A stretch of 64,000 nt of DNA. It comes from Candidatus Iainarchaeum sp. (GTDB taxonomy: Archaea; Iainarchaeota; Iainarchaeia; Iainarchaeales; GCA-2688035). This document shows positions 36,627 through 46,314 of the stretch, piece by piece. The translations under genes were made by a program, and so were the position numbers. Position 1 is the first letter of the stretch. The number at the start of each line of letters is the position of its first letter. Below the pieces are notes generated by a model. It saw only the letters and a list, made by a program, of their open reading frames with translations. It had not been told where the DNA came from and made no database searches. Location: the NCBI GenBank assembly GCA_028713935.1, contig JAQTNI010000001.1, forward strand, positions 1,464 to 65,463. The letters run 5' to 3'.

Positions 36627-36974
36627 ATGAAAACAGGGCTTTTGCTGATTTGCTTTGTTGTTTTTGCTGTTTTGTTCAGCGGCTGCACACAGCAGCCCGC
36701 ACAAGCCCCTCTAGGCGGAAACAATTCCAATACAATTGAAATTTCAAATTTTTCTTTTTCTCCAAGCGAAATTACAATTAAAAAAGGAGAAACTGTTGCC
36801 TGGATAAACAAGGATTCAGCAAAGCACAGCATTGTTTCAGACTCAGGAAGCGAATTGAATTCAACGCTTTTGGCAACCAACGAAACTTTTTCACACACAT
36901 TTAATTCTTCGGGAACATTCGGTTATCATTGCACTGTGCACGCTTCAATGAAAGGAAAAGTAATCGTAGAGTGA
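36627..36974 (+). CDS. Cupredoxin (plastocyanin/halocyanin-like blue copper protein) with signal peptide and Cys lipobox
   Basis: C-terminal YHCTVHASMKG copper-ligand pattern (Cys-x2-His-x3-Met). Confidence 0.7.
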   Translation: MKTGLLLICFVVFAVLFSGCTQQPAQAPLGGNNSNTIEISNFSFSPSEITIKKGETVAWINKDSAKHSIVSDSGSELNSTLLATNETFSHTFNSSGTFGYHCTVHASMKGKVIVE

Positions 36975-36978
36975 TTGC

Positions 36979-37197
36979 TTGCTCGAAAACATTGTTTATT
37001 TCATGATTCTTGGAAAGCCGCTCATATTCTATTTGGGGATTATTACCCTGGTTTCTTTTTTGTGCACTGCAACAATCGGCTTTTTGAATTTTAAAGGCTA
37101 TAAAAAAATTCCTTTCAAATGGCATCCGCGCTTTGCTGCAATTTCAATAATTCTGGGAATAATCCACGGCACACTCGGAATACTGCTTTACCTTTGA
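36979..37197 (+). CDS. Small membrane protein (2 TM)
   Basis: Hydrophobic 72-aa ORF. Confidence 0.35.
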   Translation: MLENIVYFMILGKPLIFYLGIITLVSFLCTATIGFLNFKGYKKIPFKWHPRFAAISIILGIIHGTLGILLYL

Positions 37198-37235
37198 AAA
37201 CAAAGCTTTTTATTTTGCTTTTTTCTAATTAGAAC

Positions 37236-38057
37236 ATGCAGCCAAAAATCTTCTGGATTGCCTCTCTCGCGCTTCTTTTGATAATGCTCATTGTGAATGC
37301 CTTTTTTGTCCTCGACCTGCTCACTTCCGACCTTCCAGTTGAATTGTTCATAGTGAATTTCATACTTTTTTTCCCATTGGCTGCCTCACTTGGCTTTGTT
37401 TGGGCCAAAAAAAATTTTGGCTATTATTTAAGCCTTGTTCTTGGGGCGATTTTTTTAGTGCTTTATGCGGGTGAATTTATTTTTACGCTCCTGGCTTTGC
37501 AGGAAGCGCTTTCCCTGATGGATTTTTTTTCCTTTATTTTCCCGCTTATAATTCCGCCTGCCCTGCTCCTGCTCTGCACATGGAAAAGCAGGCCTGTTTT
37601 TCAGGAAACAAATCCGGGAACACATTGGAATGCAGCGCTGATTACACTAGTCCTGGTTTTTTTGTTTTACCTTGCTTCGGCAATAACACTTGCCTTTTAT
37701 TATTCCGCAATGGTTGCAGCCGAATATTTCACTGAAAACCTTGTTTATATTTTCAATTCCCTCTTAATCCAGGGAGCAATCTTTATTGTTGCGCTTATTG
37801 CAACTGCATTTTTCTTTTTTAAAAAAAGAGCGGGTTTTTACCTGGGGCTTGCTGTTCCAATCCTGCTTGCAATTGTTTCCCTTGCAGACCTGAGCATGCA
37901 ATTAATTTCTGTTTGGCAAATTGCAACTCCAGATGAAATGTTGTCATTGTCACTTGCAATTTTAGGTTCCATCCAGCCAGGCCTTTTAATAATCCTTTTT
38001 TACTGTATCTGGAAAGCAAAGCCTGTTTTTGAGGAAAAAAAACATGCACAACCTTGA
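37236..38057 (+). CDS. Polytopic membrane protein (hypothetical)
   Basis: Eight or more hydrophobic helices. Confidence 0.5.
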   Translation: MQPKIFWIASLALLLIMLIVNAFFVLDLLTSDLPVELFIVNFILFFPLAASLGFVWAKKNFGYYLSLVLGAIFLVLYAGEFIFTLLALQEALSLMDFFSFIFPLIIPPALLLLCTWKSRPVFQETNPGTHWNAALITLVLVFLFYLASAITLAFYYSAMVAAEYFTENLVYIFNSLLIQGAIFIVALIATAFFFFKKRAGFYLGLAVPILLAIVSLADLSMQLISVWQIATPDEMLSLSLAILGSIQPGLLIILFYCIWKAKPVFEEKKHAQP

Positions 38058-39087
38058 TTTGAAACTGGATTCCTCGCAGCTGAAAGATATCTGGGTTATG
38101 CTTAGCCAGTCCTGTGACCATAAATGCAGGAATTGCTTTGAAGCAACTGAAAAAGGAATTGATTCATCAAAAGACAACCTTTCTGCAAAAGAAATACTGA
38201 AATTAATCAATGAGGCAATTGAATTGGGAATCAATGAAGTCGGGATTCCAGGAGCATGAGAACCATTTCACCCAAAAAATATCAAAATACTGTTCAAGAT
38301 TCTTAATAACAATTTCAAAAAGGGAATTCATACAACTGTTTTTACACACCTCGGCTTTTTTGACAAGAAGATAGTAAAAAAGCTTGCAAAATTCGGTGAC
38401 AAAATTACGCTGCTTGTAAAATTCAATTCCTTTAAGCCAGAGCTTCAGGATTGGTTTGACAATGCAAAAGGCTATGCAAAAAAACGCGATAAAATTCTTC
38501 AGCTCCTGTTCAAGCAGGGCTTTAACGATGGCAAACGCCTTGGTTTTGTAACCTCAATAATGACTTTTAATTTCAAGGAGATTCCTGAAATTTTCCGTTA
38601 CTGCAGGAGAAATAACATTGTGGTTGATATTGACAATATTTTGCCGAGGGGGAGAGGCTATAAAAACAAGTTCAATCCCTCGGATAAAAAACTGAAGGGA
38701 ATGTATGAAACACTTGCAAAAATTGACAAAGAAGAATTTGGCAATGGCTGGGAACCAACCGGGAGTTATGCCGGCCCTGAAGCCTGCAATCGTTATTGCC
38801 ATCACCTGTTCATTGCAAAAAACGGTGAAGCACATCCCTGCATTGGCTCTGTTAATATTTTTCTTGGCAATGTAAAAAAGCTCGGCTTGAAGCAAATTTG
38901 GAATTCTTCGGAAATGAAAATTATCAGGGAACGTTCTTATGACGGGAAATGTCTTGACTGCAAATTGTTCATTGAAAACAAATGCCATTCCTGCCTTGGC
39001 AGATATACTGAAAATCTTGACAAAAGGAATCTTCTTGAAACAGGAAAGGGTCATACAACTGGCTGTTTTTGCTTCAAAGAAAAATAA
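38029..39087 (+). pseudogene. Radical SAM / SPASM-domain enzyme interrupted by one in-frame TGA (38257-38259)
   Basis: N-terminal CDHKCRNC (CxxxCxxC) and C-terminal Cys-rich SPASM region. The frame is continuous across the TGA, which falls at the Gly of the conserved GGEP motif (GIPGA*EPF). Confidence 0.7.
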
Positions 39088-39100
39088 TAGGGGCAAATTT

Positions 39101-39814
39101 TTAATCAGCCAGTTCCCAGTAAATTCTCCTGTTGCTTGCTCCCTTGTTGTTGAGTTTTGTAATCTTCACTTTTCCGATTTCTTTTGTGTTTTTCACATGG
39201 GTTCCGCCGTCAGCGCTCACATCAATGTTTCCAATGCTGACAAGCCTGAATTCTTCAAGCGCTTTTGGCAATTTGTCCTTTAACCTGAACAAATCAGGAT
39301 TTTTCAATGCCTCTTCTCTTTTCACAAAAGAAACAGTAATGCCAAGGTTTCCTGAAATAATCTCATTTGTGTCTTTTTCAATTGCAGCAAGTTTTTCCCT
39401 GTCAAATTCTTTTAAGTCAAAATCCATTCTGCTGTGCTCTATGCCGAGCTGGTTTCCTGAAACAAGAACCCCAAATTTTTTCCAAATTGAATTGTGAATA
39501 ATGTGCGCGGAAGAATGCATTCTCATTAATTTGTATCTGCGTTCCCAGTCAACAATGCAATGCACTTCATCTCCCTGTTTCAAGCCTTCCCTGTCAACTT
39601 CATGGCTCACATTTTTGCCAAAAGCCTTTGAAAAAACAACTTTGAATTCAGCTCCATCGCTTTTCCTTTTAATTGTTCCATTGTCACAAGGCTGCCCGCC
39701 CTGCTCCGGATAAAGAGCTGTCCTGTCAAGAACAACAAATTTTTCCTGCATGCTTTCCACTTTGGCATCAAATTCTTTAAGGTAAGAATCATGCAGCCAC
39801 AAAAACTCTGTCAT
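39101..39814 (-). CDS. alaX: AlaX-type Ala-tRNA editing domain protein
   Basis: HSSAHIIH and ...GGTHVKNTKEIG zinc-binding editing motifs. Internal start at MTEFLW. Confidence 0.7.
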   Translation of the reverse strand: MTEFLWLHDSYLKEFDAKVESMQEKFVVLDRTALYPEQGGQPCDNGTIKRKSDGAEFKVVFSKAFGKNVSHEVDREGLKQGDEVHCIVDWERRYKLMRMHSSAHIIHNSIWKKFGVLVSGNQLGIEHSRMDFDLKEFDREKLAAIEKDTNEIISGNLGITVSFVKREEALKNPDLFRLKDKLPKALEEFRLVSIGNIDVSADGGTHVKNTKEIGKVKITKLNNKGASNRRIYWELAD

Positions 39815-39907
39815 AAAAAGCCTGACAAAATTAACAATAAAAAGAATTAAAAAATTAGTTTTTTTGCTAAACTTGGTTTTAAGCTTTTTTCTGTTTATTG
39901 CTTGTTT

Positions 39908-40459
39908 ATGGGAAATTTTTATTTTGACATTGAAACAACTGGCCTTGATGCAAAGAAAAACAAGATTATTACTATCCAGTACCAGGAATTGGACAGGCAC
40001 ACAGGCAATGCAATTGGCGAGCTTGTGATTTTAAAAGAATGGGAGCTTTCTGAACGCGGAATTCTCGAAAAGTTTATTGCCGATTCAAAGATTGCAAGCA
40101 ATTATGATTTTGATTTTATTCCAACTGGCTATAACTTGGGTTTTGAACACAATTTTTTGAAGGAAAGAACAGCGCTTCACAGCCTGAATCCTCTTGATAT
40201 TCTCAGCAAGCCGTTTCTCGACCTGAGGGCTTTTGGCATAATAATGAACAAAGGGGAATTCAAAGGCTCAGGCCTTGACAAAATAACAGGAAAAGCAACT
40301 GACGGAAGGCAGGTTCCAATCTGGTATCAAAACAAGGAATATGCCACAATAATCAAATACATAGAAAACGAGGCAAAATCATTCATAGAACTCAATGCCT
40401 GGCTATACAAAGAAATGCCGGGCTGCATGGAAAGATTCAAAAAAGAAAACAAAATATGA
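39908..40459 (+). CDS. DEDD-family 3'-5' exonuclease (DnaQ-like)
   Basis: YFDIETTGLD Exo I motif. Confidence 0.65.
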   Translation: MGNFYFDIETTGLDAKKNKIITIQYQELDRHTGNAIGELVILKEWELSERGILEKFIADSKIASNYDFDFIPTGYNLGFEHNFLKERTALHSLNPLDILSKPFLDLRAFGIIMNKGEFKGSGLDKITGKATDGRQVPIWYQNKEYATIIKYIENEAKSFIELNAWLYKEMPGCMERFKKENKI

Positions 40460-40463
40460 ACAA

Positions 40464-40658
40464 TTATTCTTCCCAGATAAACAGCTTGTCAATTGTTGTT
40501 TTCAGCTCTTTTGCCAGTGCATGGGCAAGCAAAATTGAGCAGTTGTAATCTCCTTTTTCAATGAAAACAATTGTTTCCCTTCTTACCCCGACTTTTTTTG
40601 CAAGCTCTTCCTGGGTAAGGCTGAATTTTGCCCTGAGTTCTTTGATTCTTGTTTTCAA
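40464..40658 (-). CDS. XRE-family HTH transcriptional regulator
   Basis: [29 protein letters not shown]. Confidence 0.75.
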   Translation of the reverse strand: MKTRIKELRAKFSLTQEELAKKVGVRRETIVFIEKGDYNCSILLAHALAKELKTTIDKLFIWEE

Positions 40659-40670
40659 GGAATCACTTTG

Positions 40671-41090
40671 TCAATCAATTTTTCCATTTTTTTTAAACCA
40701 TAGTGCCAGCACAATGAAAGTGATTGCAGGCACAACAATTAATGCCTCAAAAGCGTATCTAAATTCAATTTCGGGAAGCCTGAAAAACTCAATTGCAAAC
40801 ATATTGGCAACCATTATTACGATTGCAAGCCACAATCCGACAAGAAAAGCATAATAACCAGCTTTCCAGGTTGCTTTTTTGGACAATTCATCCTCCAGAG
40901 GCAGGCCTGTTTTGATTGAAGTGACTTTTTCAGAAGCGGCAACAATTGCAATAAGTCCTACTGCAACTGCAATTGCAACAGTGGCAACAAGCCAAAAAGA
41001 ACTGCCAGGCAGAGAAAAAAACAGGGAAAAACCCGCAATCAGCAAAGCCGCAAGAAAAACCCGGATAAAAAGATTCAACCGTTTGCCCAT
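40671..41090 (-). CDS. Membrane protein (4 TM), likely co-transcribed with the XRE regulator
   Basis: Hydrophobic ORF starting 13 nt after the regulator gene. Confidence 0.45.
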   Translation of the reverse strand: MGKRLNLFIRVFLAALLIAGFSLFFSLPGSSFWLVATVAIAVAVGLIAIVAASEKVTSIKTGLPLEDELSKKATWKAGYYAFLVGLWLAIVIMVANMFAIEFFRLPEIEFRYAFEALIVVPAITFIVLALWFKKNGKID

Positions 41091-41161
41091 AAAAACACCT
41101 CTTGTTAGATTAAACTAACATGTTATATTTATATAACATTAGGTTTTTAAAGGTTTCCAAA

Positions 41162-41617
41162 TCAGTAGTTTCCTGTCCTTCTTTCTTTTGGCAGGAAATT
41201 GAAGAGCTTTCCGTTTAATGCTTTTCCCGTTCCCATAAAATCTTCTTTGTTTTTCACAATAAAAATTCCTTTCAGGCTTTTTTCTATTTCAATGCTTTCG
41301 CAGTTCATCCATCTTTCTTTCTGCACAGAAGAAATTTCCAGAATGTTTTTTTTGATTTTTTTTGAAAGCAGATGCGTTGCATCAAGGCTTAATCGCAGCT
41401 CCCCGCCTTCTCTTCTTGCAAAAAACAGGCCCATTGTCTGTATTTGCAGGTTTTTTACCAGGATTCCAAGGTCTTCTTTTGAAACGCTTCCGGTAAAAAT
41501 CCTTATGTCCCTGATTGTTTCAAAAAATAAAAAATCCGGCTTTTCAATGCCAAAATTTTTTTCAAGATTCCTCAATAATTCCTTTTTTTTGCCTTTTGTC
41601 AAAAACCTGATCTTCAT
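41162..41617 (-). CDS. Nip7-like PUA-domain RNA-binding protein
   Basis: GLFFARREGGELRLSLDATHLL resembles the Nip7 core. Adjacent to a Nop2/Sun methyltransferase. Confidence 0.45.
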   Translation of the reverse strand: MKIRFLTKGKKKELLRNLEKNFGIEKPDFLFFETIRDIRIFTGSVSKEDLGILVKNLQIQTMGLFFARREGGELRLSLDATHLLSKKIKKNILEISSVQKERWMNCESIEIEKSLKGIFIVKNKEDFMGTGKALNGKLFNFLPKERRTGNY

Positions 41618-41621
41618 AAAA

Positions 41622-42569
41622 TCACTCTTTTTTTAATTTTGCAACAAAAAAACCTTCACAGTCATTGTCCTGCGGATAAATCCTGCAGGCATTTTCAATT
41701 CCTTCCACAAAACTGCTTTTCCCCCATTCCTTAATGCCATGCCTTGATTTCAAAGGCAGGCTTGCTTTTTCAATCACCAAGCCTTTTTTTTGCGCCAGGT
41801 AAGAAACAACTTCCTCATTTTCTTCAGGGGCATGAGTGCAGGTTGAATAAACCATTGTTCCGCCTTTTTTTAAAAGCGCGGAAGCCGAAATTGCAATTTT
41901 TTTCTGCAAATCGCTTAATTGCCTTATTGCACCAATGCTCCAGGTAATTAAAGTTTTTGGATTGCTGCGGATATTTCCCTCTCCAGAGCAGGGAACATCA
42001 ACGAGAATTTTGTCAAACTCAAGGTTAATGCTGCCCATTTCCTGGCATAAAAAAATTGCGTCTTCTTTTGTCACAATTGTGTTTCCAACAGCGCATCTTT
42101 CAAGGTTTGAGCAAAGCGAAATTATCCTGTCAACTGCCCTGTCATTTGCAATTATTGCGCCTGAATTTTCCATTAAGGCTGCAATCTGAGTTGTTTTTGA
42201 GCCTGGAGAAGCGCATAAGTCAAGCACAAATTCCCCTGGTTTTGGCTCAAGTGCGAATGCAGGCATCATGCTGGAAACTTCCTGGACATAATAATAGCCA
42301 AGCAGATGCTCAATTGCTTTTCCGATTTCTCCAGGCAGCAGCTTGCTTTCAATAAGCATTATTTCCTGCCTGCCGGAAAAAGGCTGGCTTATTTTCCAGT
42401 TTTTTTCCTCCAATTTTTGCCTTAATTCATCGGGAGAAATTTTCAGTGTATTGCAGCGGATAAAATTCAATGGGTATTCATGGATTTTTTTTGAAAAATC
42501 CGCAAAATCACTTTCTTCAGGCAGAAGCCTGCGCATTCTTTCCTCAAACAAGGGCTTCGGGTTTATCAT
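41622..42569 (-). CDS. NOL1/NOP2/Sun-family RNA (cytosine-C5)-methyltransferase
   Basis: VLDLCASPGSKT SAM motif and catalytic DVPCSG and TCT Cys motifs. Confidence 0.85.
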   Translation of the reverse strand: MINPKPLFEERMRRLLPEESDFADFSKKIHEYPLNFIRCNTLKISPDELRQKLEEKNWKISQPFSGRQEIMLIESKLLPGEIGKAIEHLLGYYYVQEVSSMMPAFALEPKPGEFVLDLCASPGSKTTQIAALMENSGAIIANDRAVDRIISLCSNLERCAVGNTIVTKEDAIFLCQEMGSINLEFDKILVDVPCSGEGNIRSNPKTLITWSIGAIRQLSDLQKKIAISASALLKKGGTMVYSTCTHAPEENEEVVSYLAQKKGLVIEKASLPLKSRHGIKEWGKSSFVEGIENACRIYPQDNDCEGFFVAKLKKE

Positions 42570-42605
42570 AAGGAAATTAACAATCGAGAAGCTTTTATAC
42601 TTAAA

Positions 42606-43250
42606 GTGCTTATTGTTTTCATGGAATCTTTTTTTGCAATCAGGGCAATAATGGCAATTGTTTTGATAATTTTTTTTGCTGCTTTGTTTGATTCTTATCC
42701 ATACCTTAAGGCTTTTTTTATTGCATTGTTTTTTTTAGTGGTGATTTATTACCGCAGGTCACAACTGGCAAACATTTCCGCCTTTACAAAAAAAGCAAAC
42801 GGCTTTGATGACAGAAAAATTTTGATTCCCTTTTACACAATTTTTTTGGTGTTTTGCGCATATGACTTTTTATCACAGCCAATGAATCTTCCGATAACAA
42901 TTTTTGGCGGAATTGTTTTTACAATCGGAATTTATATTTATTCCAACAGCGTAAAAAAGCTTGGCAAGTTTTTTTCCACCGCAGTTGAAATAAAGGAAAA
43001 ACACAGGCTGATTCAAAACGGGCCATACAAACACGTAAGGCACCCGGCTTATTTTGGCTCCCTGCTTTTTTTGGGAGGCTTGGCAATTGCAGCAAACAGC
43101 CTTATTGCAGGCATAATTTACCTAATCCTTCTCCTGCCATGGTTTGCTTGGCGCATTTCAAGCGAAGAAAAAATGCTTGAAAAAGAATTTGGAAAAACCT
43201 TTTTAGAATACAAAAAGAAAACAAAAATTCTTATTCCAAAGCTTCTTTGA
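42606..43250 (+). CDS. Isoprenylcysteine carboxyl methyltransferase / phospholipid methyltransferase family membrane protein
   Basis: VRHPAYFGSLLFLGG motif. Confidence 0.65.
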   Translation: MLIVFMESFFAIRAIMAIVLIIFFAALFDSYPYLKAFFIALFFLVVIYYRRSQLANISAFTKKANGFDDRKILIPFYTIFLVFCAYDFLSQPMNLPITIFGGIVFTIGIYIYSNSVKKLGKFFSTAVEIKEKHRLIQNGPYKHVRHPAYFGSLLFLGGLAIAANSLIAGIIYLILLLPWFAWRISSEEKMLEKEFGKTFLEYKKKTKILIPKLL

Positions 43251-43266
43251 AAATTGCATTTTTTCC

Positions 43267-43503
43267 TTAACCGCAATTGACAGTTATCTTATTTACAGAT
43301 GCGGCATCAGGACAGTTGCCTGTTATGCCAATCGCGCTTGCTTCACAAGTGCTAGTGCCATAAAAGTTTGCTGGCTTGTTCAGTTCTCTGCATAATTTTA
43401 GCGCTGTTGGCTCTTGCATTGAATAGAAATTTCCTGCCAAAAAACCGACAATCAACCCGATTATCAGGATTCCTATAATCAAAATATTTTTATTTTCAAC
43501 CAA
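43267..43503 (-). CDS. Small Cys-rich secreted/membrane-anchored protein
   Basis: N-terminal TM helix plus 5 Cys. Confidence 0.35.
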   Translation of the reverse strand: MVENKNILIIGILIIGLIVGFLAGNFYSMQEPTALKLCRELNKPANFYGTSTCEASAIGITGNCPDAASVNKITVNCG

Positions 43504-43546
43504 TTTATCACCTCTTGAATATTAAATGGCTAATCTTTTTTAAGTG

Positions 43547-44656
43547 TTAGCCTTTTGATTTTCCGATTTCTTTCACTGCTTTGACAAACATTCCAGCTGC
43601 CCATGCGGAGTTTGGCTCTGATTTCAGGAACAGGCTATTAACCGGCTTTCCTTCAAACAAAAAATCATGCACACACTTGTTTTCAATTATTATTTCAGAA
43701 ATTTTTCTTATTTCCTGCCTTGCCTCTTTTTTCCAGCCAATTTTGTCCAGGACAATTGCATTCAGGCAGCCAAGCCAGAGCCATGAAAAGCCATTGTGAA
43801 TGTGATATTCCTGCAGGGGCATTAGCACCAGTGGCAGCCTCCAGAAAGGATAGGCAGGGTAGTTTGTCTGCAAAGGCCACTTGTTCAATTGGTGCTGTTT
43901 TATCTTGTTTGCAATCATCTGGCCCTGCTCTTCATCTGCAATTTCCCACCAGGCAGCCAATAGGTTTCCGTCTGCTGCAAAATAATCGTGTTTCTGGATA
44001 AAAATCCAGTCAGCATAAAAAGCCCCTGTCCAGAATTCCTCGTTGATTTTTCTTTTGATGCTAATTGCTGTTTTTGAGGCTGTTTCCGCAAGCTCTTTTT
44101 GTTTCAGCAAAATGCATAGCCTTTCAAAAGAATCAATTGCCTTGAAAAAACAGGCATTGGAATACAAAACAGTCCCATATTTCAATACTGATTCTGCCCA
44201 ATTGCCAAGCACTGTTTCTTCTACCAAAAAATCCTTGTCTTTGTCGCGGGAAACAAGCCAGTCAACTGCTTTTTTTAAACTGCCAAAATTCTGCCTTGCA
44301 AAATCCAGGTCCTTTGTTTTGTCAACATATTCTGTAAAAGCAATTATCCCAAGAGCAGTGGCATCAATCGGCTTTCCAACAATCATCTTGTAAGAAGGCT
44401 TTAATTTTTTGTCAAAAAACAACGGCAAAATTCCTTTCGGGCCTTGTTGCCCAAAAAAAAGTTCAAGGTTTTTTTTTGCTATTTCAAAATCCCCGAGTTC
44501 CATTGCGCCAAAACAGGCAAAAAAAGAGTCCCTTGCCCTGTATTCCTTCAAAAAAACGCTTCCTGCAAGAATTCCTTTTTCAGAATAGCATTTTTGCAGG
44601 CATTTTGCTGCAATTGAAAAAGCCTCTTCAACCTCGGGATGCATCCATAAAAACAT
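43547..44656 (-). CDS. Glycoside-hydrolase-like (alpha/alpha)6-barrel protein (GH63/trehalase-like)
   Basis: Trp-rich pattern (WWEIADEEQ, GFSWLWLG) typical of six-hairpin glycosidases. Confidence 0.35.
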   Translation of the reverse strand: MFLWMHPEVEEAFSIAAKCLQKCYSEKGILAGSVFLKEYRARDSFFACFGAMELGDFEIAKKNLELFFGQQGPKGILPLFFDKKLKPSYKMIVGKPIDATALGIIAFTEYVDKTKDLDFARQNFGSLKKAVDWLVSRDKDKDFLVEETVLGNWAESVLKYGTVLYSNACFFKAIDSFERLCILLKQKELAETASKTAISIKRKINEEFWTGAFYADWIFIQKHDYFAADGNLLAAWWEIADEEQGQMIANKIKQHQLNKWPLQTNYPAYPFWRLPLVLMPLQEYHIHNGFSWLWLGCLNAIVLDKIGWKKEARQEIRKISEIIIENKCVHDFLFEGKPVNSLFLKSEPNSAWAAGMFVKAVKEIGKSKG

Positions 44657-44699
44657 GTAAAGAGCAATTTTTTAATATTAGAGTCACCTAAATATACTC

Positions 44700-45029
44700 A
44701 TGCCAAAAACACCGAGAATAGGTCTTGTAAGGCGGGCTTTGGGGTCAGTGCAGGCCTACCGTGCTCGCAGGCGGCGCATTAACAAATTGGGAAAATGCCT
44801 AAAAAAAGTAAAATCCGCACTCAGGTTACAAGTAAACAATGCCAGAGAGGCAATTATTTTGAAAAGAGAGGCGGCTTCCCCTCCAAAGTCTGGTGACAGA
44901 GTTCTAACTGTGATAGACAAATGGGCAGAGTCGGACTTGAAATTAGGCATTCCAAAAATACGCAAATTGAAACGCAGACGCGATTTGATTAATGCAAAAC
45001 TTGCAAGTTTACAAACAAAACCCAAATAA
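44700..45029 (+). CDS. Basic hypothetical protein
   Basis: ORF only. Confidence 0.3.
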   Translation: MPKTPRIGLVRRALGSVQAYRARRRRINKLGKCLKKVKSALRLQVNNAREAIILKREAASPPKSGDRVLTVIDKWAESDLKLGIPKIRKLKRRRDLINAKLASLQTKPK

Positions 45030-45042
45030 GCAAATTTCAATT

Positions 45043-45837
45043 ATGAATTGTTCAAAAATAACAAAAAGCATTTTTAAGAAACTGAAAAAGCGCTCTCCAA
45101 AAAGCCACAAATGCCAAAATGGCCTTGTTTTAATAATTGCAGGCAGCAAACAATACCAGGGCAGCCTTGTTTTCAGCGCAAAAACAGCAAGCAGGCTTGC
45201 AGACCTTATTTTTGCATGCACAGCAAAAGAAAACATTCCAATAATAAAAAAAATTTCTCCCGAATTAATTGTACATCCAATGAAAGACTCATTAAAACTT
45301 GCGGAAAAAGCAGATTCAATCCTGATTGGGCCTGGGCTTGAAAAAAACCAAAAAAACAAATTACTAATAAAAAAAATCCTAAAAAAATTCTGGAACAAAA
45401 AAACAATTCTGGACGCAACAGCTCTCCGCTTAATTTCCCCTGAAAACCTGCACTCAAATTGCTGCGTAACCCCCCATGCAAAAGAATTTCTCGCATTGTT
45501 CCATGAAAAACCCTCAAAAAAAACAGTTTTCAGAAACGCGCAAAAAAACAATTGCATAATTGTTGCAAAAAGCCCAATTGATTTCATCAGCAATGGAAAA
45601 AAAATTTTTTGCAATTCAACTGGAAATCCAGGAATGACAACCGGCGGAACAGGAGACACTCTCGCAGGGCTGATTGCAGGATTTGCAGCAAAAAACTCTT
45701 TGCTTGAATCTGCCCTTGCAGCCTGCTACTTGAATGGCTTTGCAGGAGACCTGCTCTTCAAAGAACGCGGCTTTATGTTCAATGCGGAAGACCTAATGGA
45801 AAAGCTTCCAATCGCATACAAAAAATTGTCAGCCTGA
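45043..45837 (+). CDS. nnrD: ADP-dependent NAD(P)H-hydrate dehydratase (YjeF C-terminal family)
   Basis: HKCQNGLVLIIAGS ... GNPGMTTGGTGDTLAGLIAG. Confidence 0.75.
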   Translation: MNCSKITKSIFKKLKKRSPKSHKCQNGLVLIIAGSKQYQGSLVFSAKTASRLADLIFACTAKENIPIIKKISPELIVHPMKDSLKLAEKADSILIGPGLEKNQKNKLLIKKILKKFWNKKTILDATALRLISPENLHSNCCVTPHAKEFLALFHEKPSKKTVFRNAQKNNCIIVAKSPIDFISNGKKIFCNSTGNPGMTTGGTGDTLAGLIAGFAAKNSLLESALAACYLNGFAGDLLFKERGFMFNAEDLMEKLPIAYKKLSA

Positions 45838-46108
45838 TTTCACCAAGATTTTAAAAAACCATATCAATAATACTTTTTGAGTTGGGAGCAAGGTGGGCAT
45901 GAACAAGGTTCATGCCTGCCAAATTTTTACTTCTCCAAAAGAAGCAATTAAAAACCACTTGATTCCTAATTTTAACACTGCAGAGGTGGCAAGGCCTTTC
46001 TTTGCCTTGCAAAGAAAGCCCTGGGAAAGAAATACTTTTTGCCAATGCAAAAAGTGCTTCGCAAAGGAAACCCCTGGGAAAAAATTGCCGCCAATAAAAG
46101 AAAATCAT

Positions 46109-46302
46109 GCAGAGGTGGCAGAACTTGGTAAATGCGCCGGCCTTGAGAAGCCTTTCTTTCTAAAGAAAGAAAGCCTTGGGAAAGAAACAGTTTGGCTCTG
46201 CCAAACTGTAGTTCGCTTCGCTTACATTAGAAAAAAAGATTATTATTTTTCAGGCGAGCCGGTGTCCGAAAGGGCGCGTGGGTTCAAATCCCATCCTCTG
46301 CG
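46109..46302 (+). tRNA. tRNA-Ser (anticodon TGA) with a ~108-nt intron and long variable arm
   Basis: Acceptor GCAGAGG/CCTCTGC, anticodon stem CCGGC/GCCGG, loop CTTGAGA, variable arm TGTCCGAAAGGGCGC, T-arm GTGGG-TTCAAAT-CCCAT. Intron is roughly 46149-46256. Confidence 0.7.
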
Positions 46303-46314
46303 CAATCTTTTTTT

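Noticed and set aside
38257-38259. In-frame TGA in the radical SAM gene as evidence for a TGA=Gly alternative genetic code (code 25)
   Set aside because: TGA is used as the genuine terminator of many well-delimited genes in the window (ftsZ, rpl1, ugd, the epimerase, the kinase). Reading through these would fuse or extend proteins implausibly.
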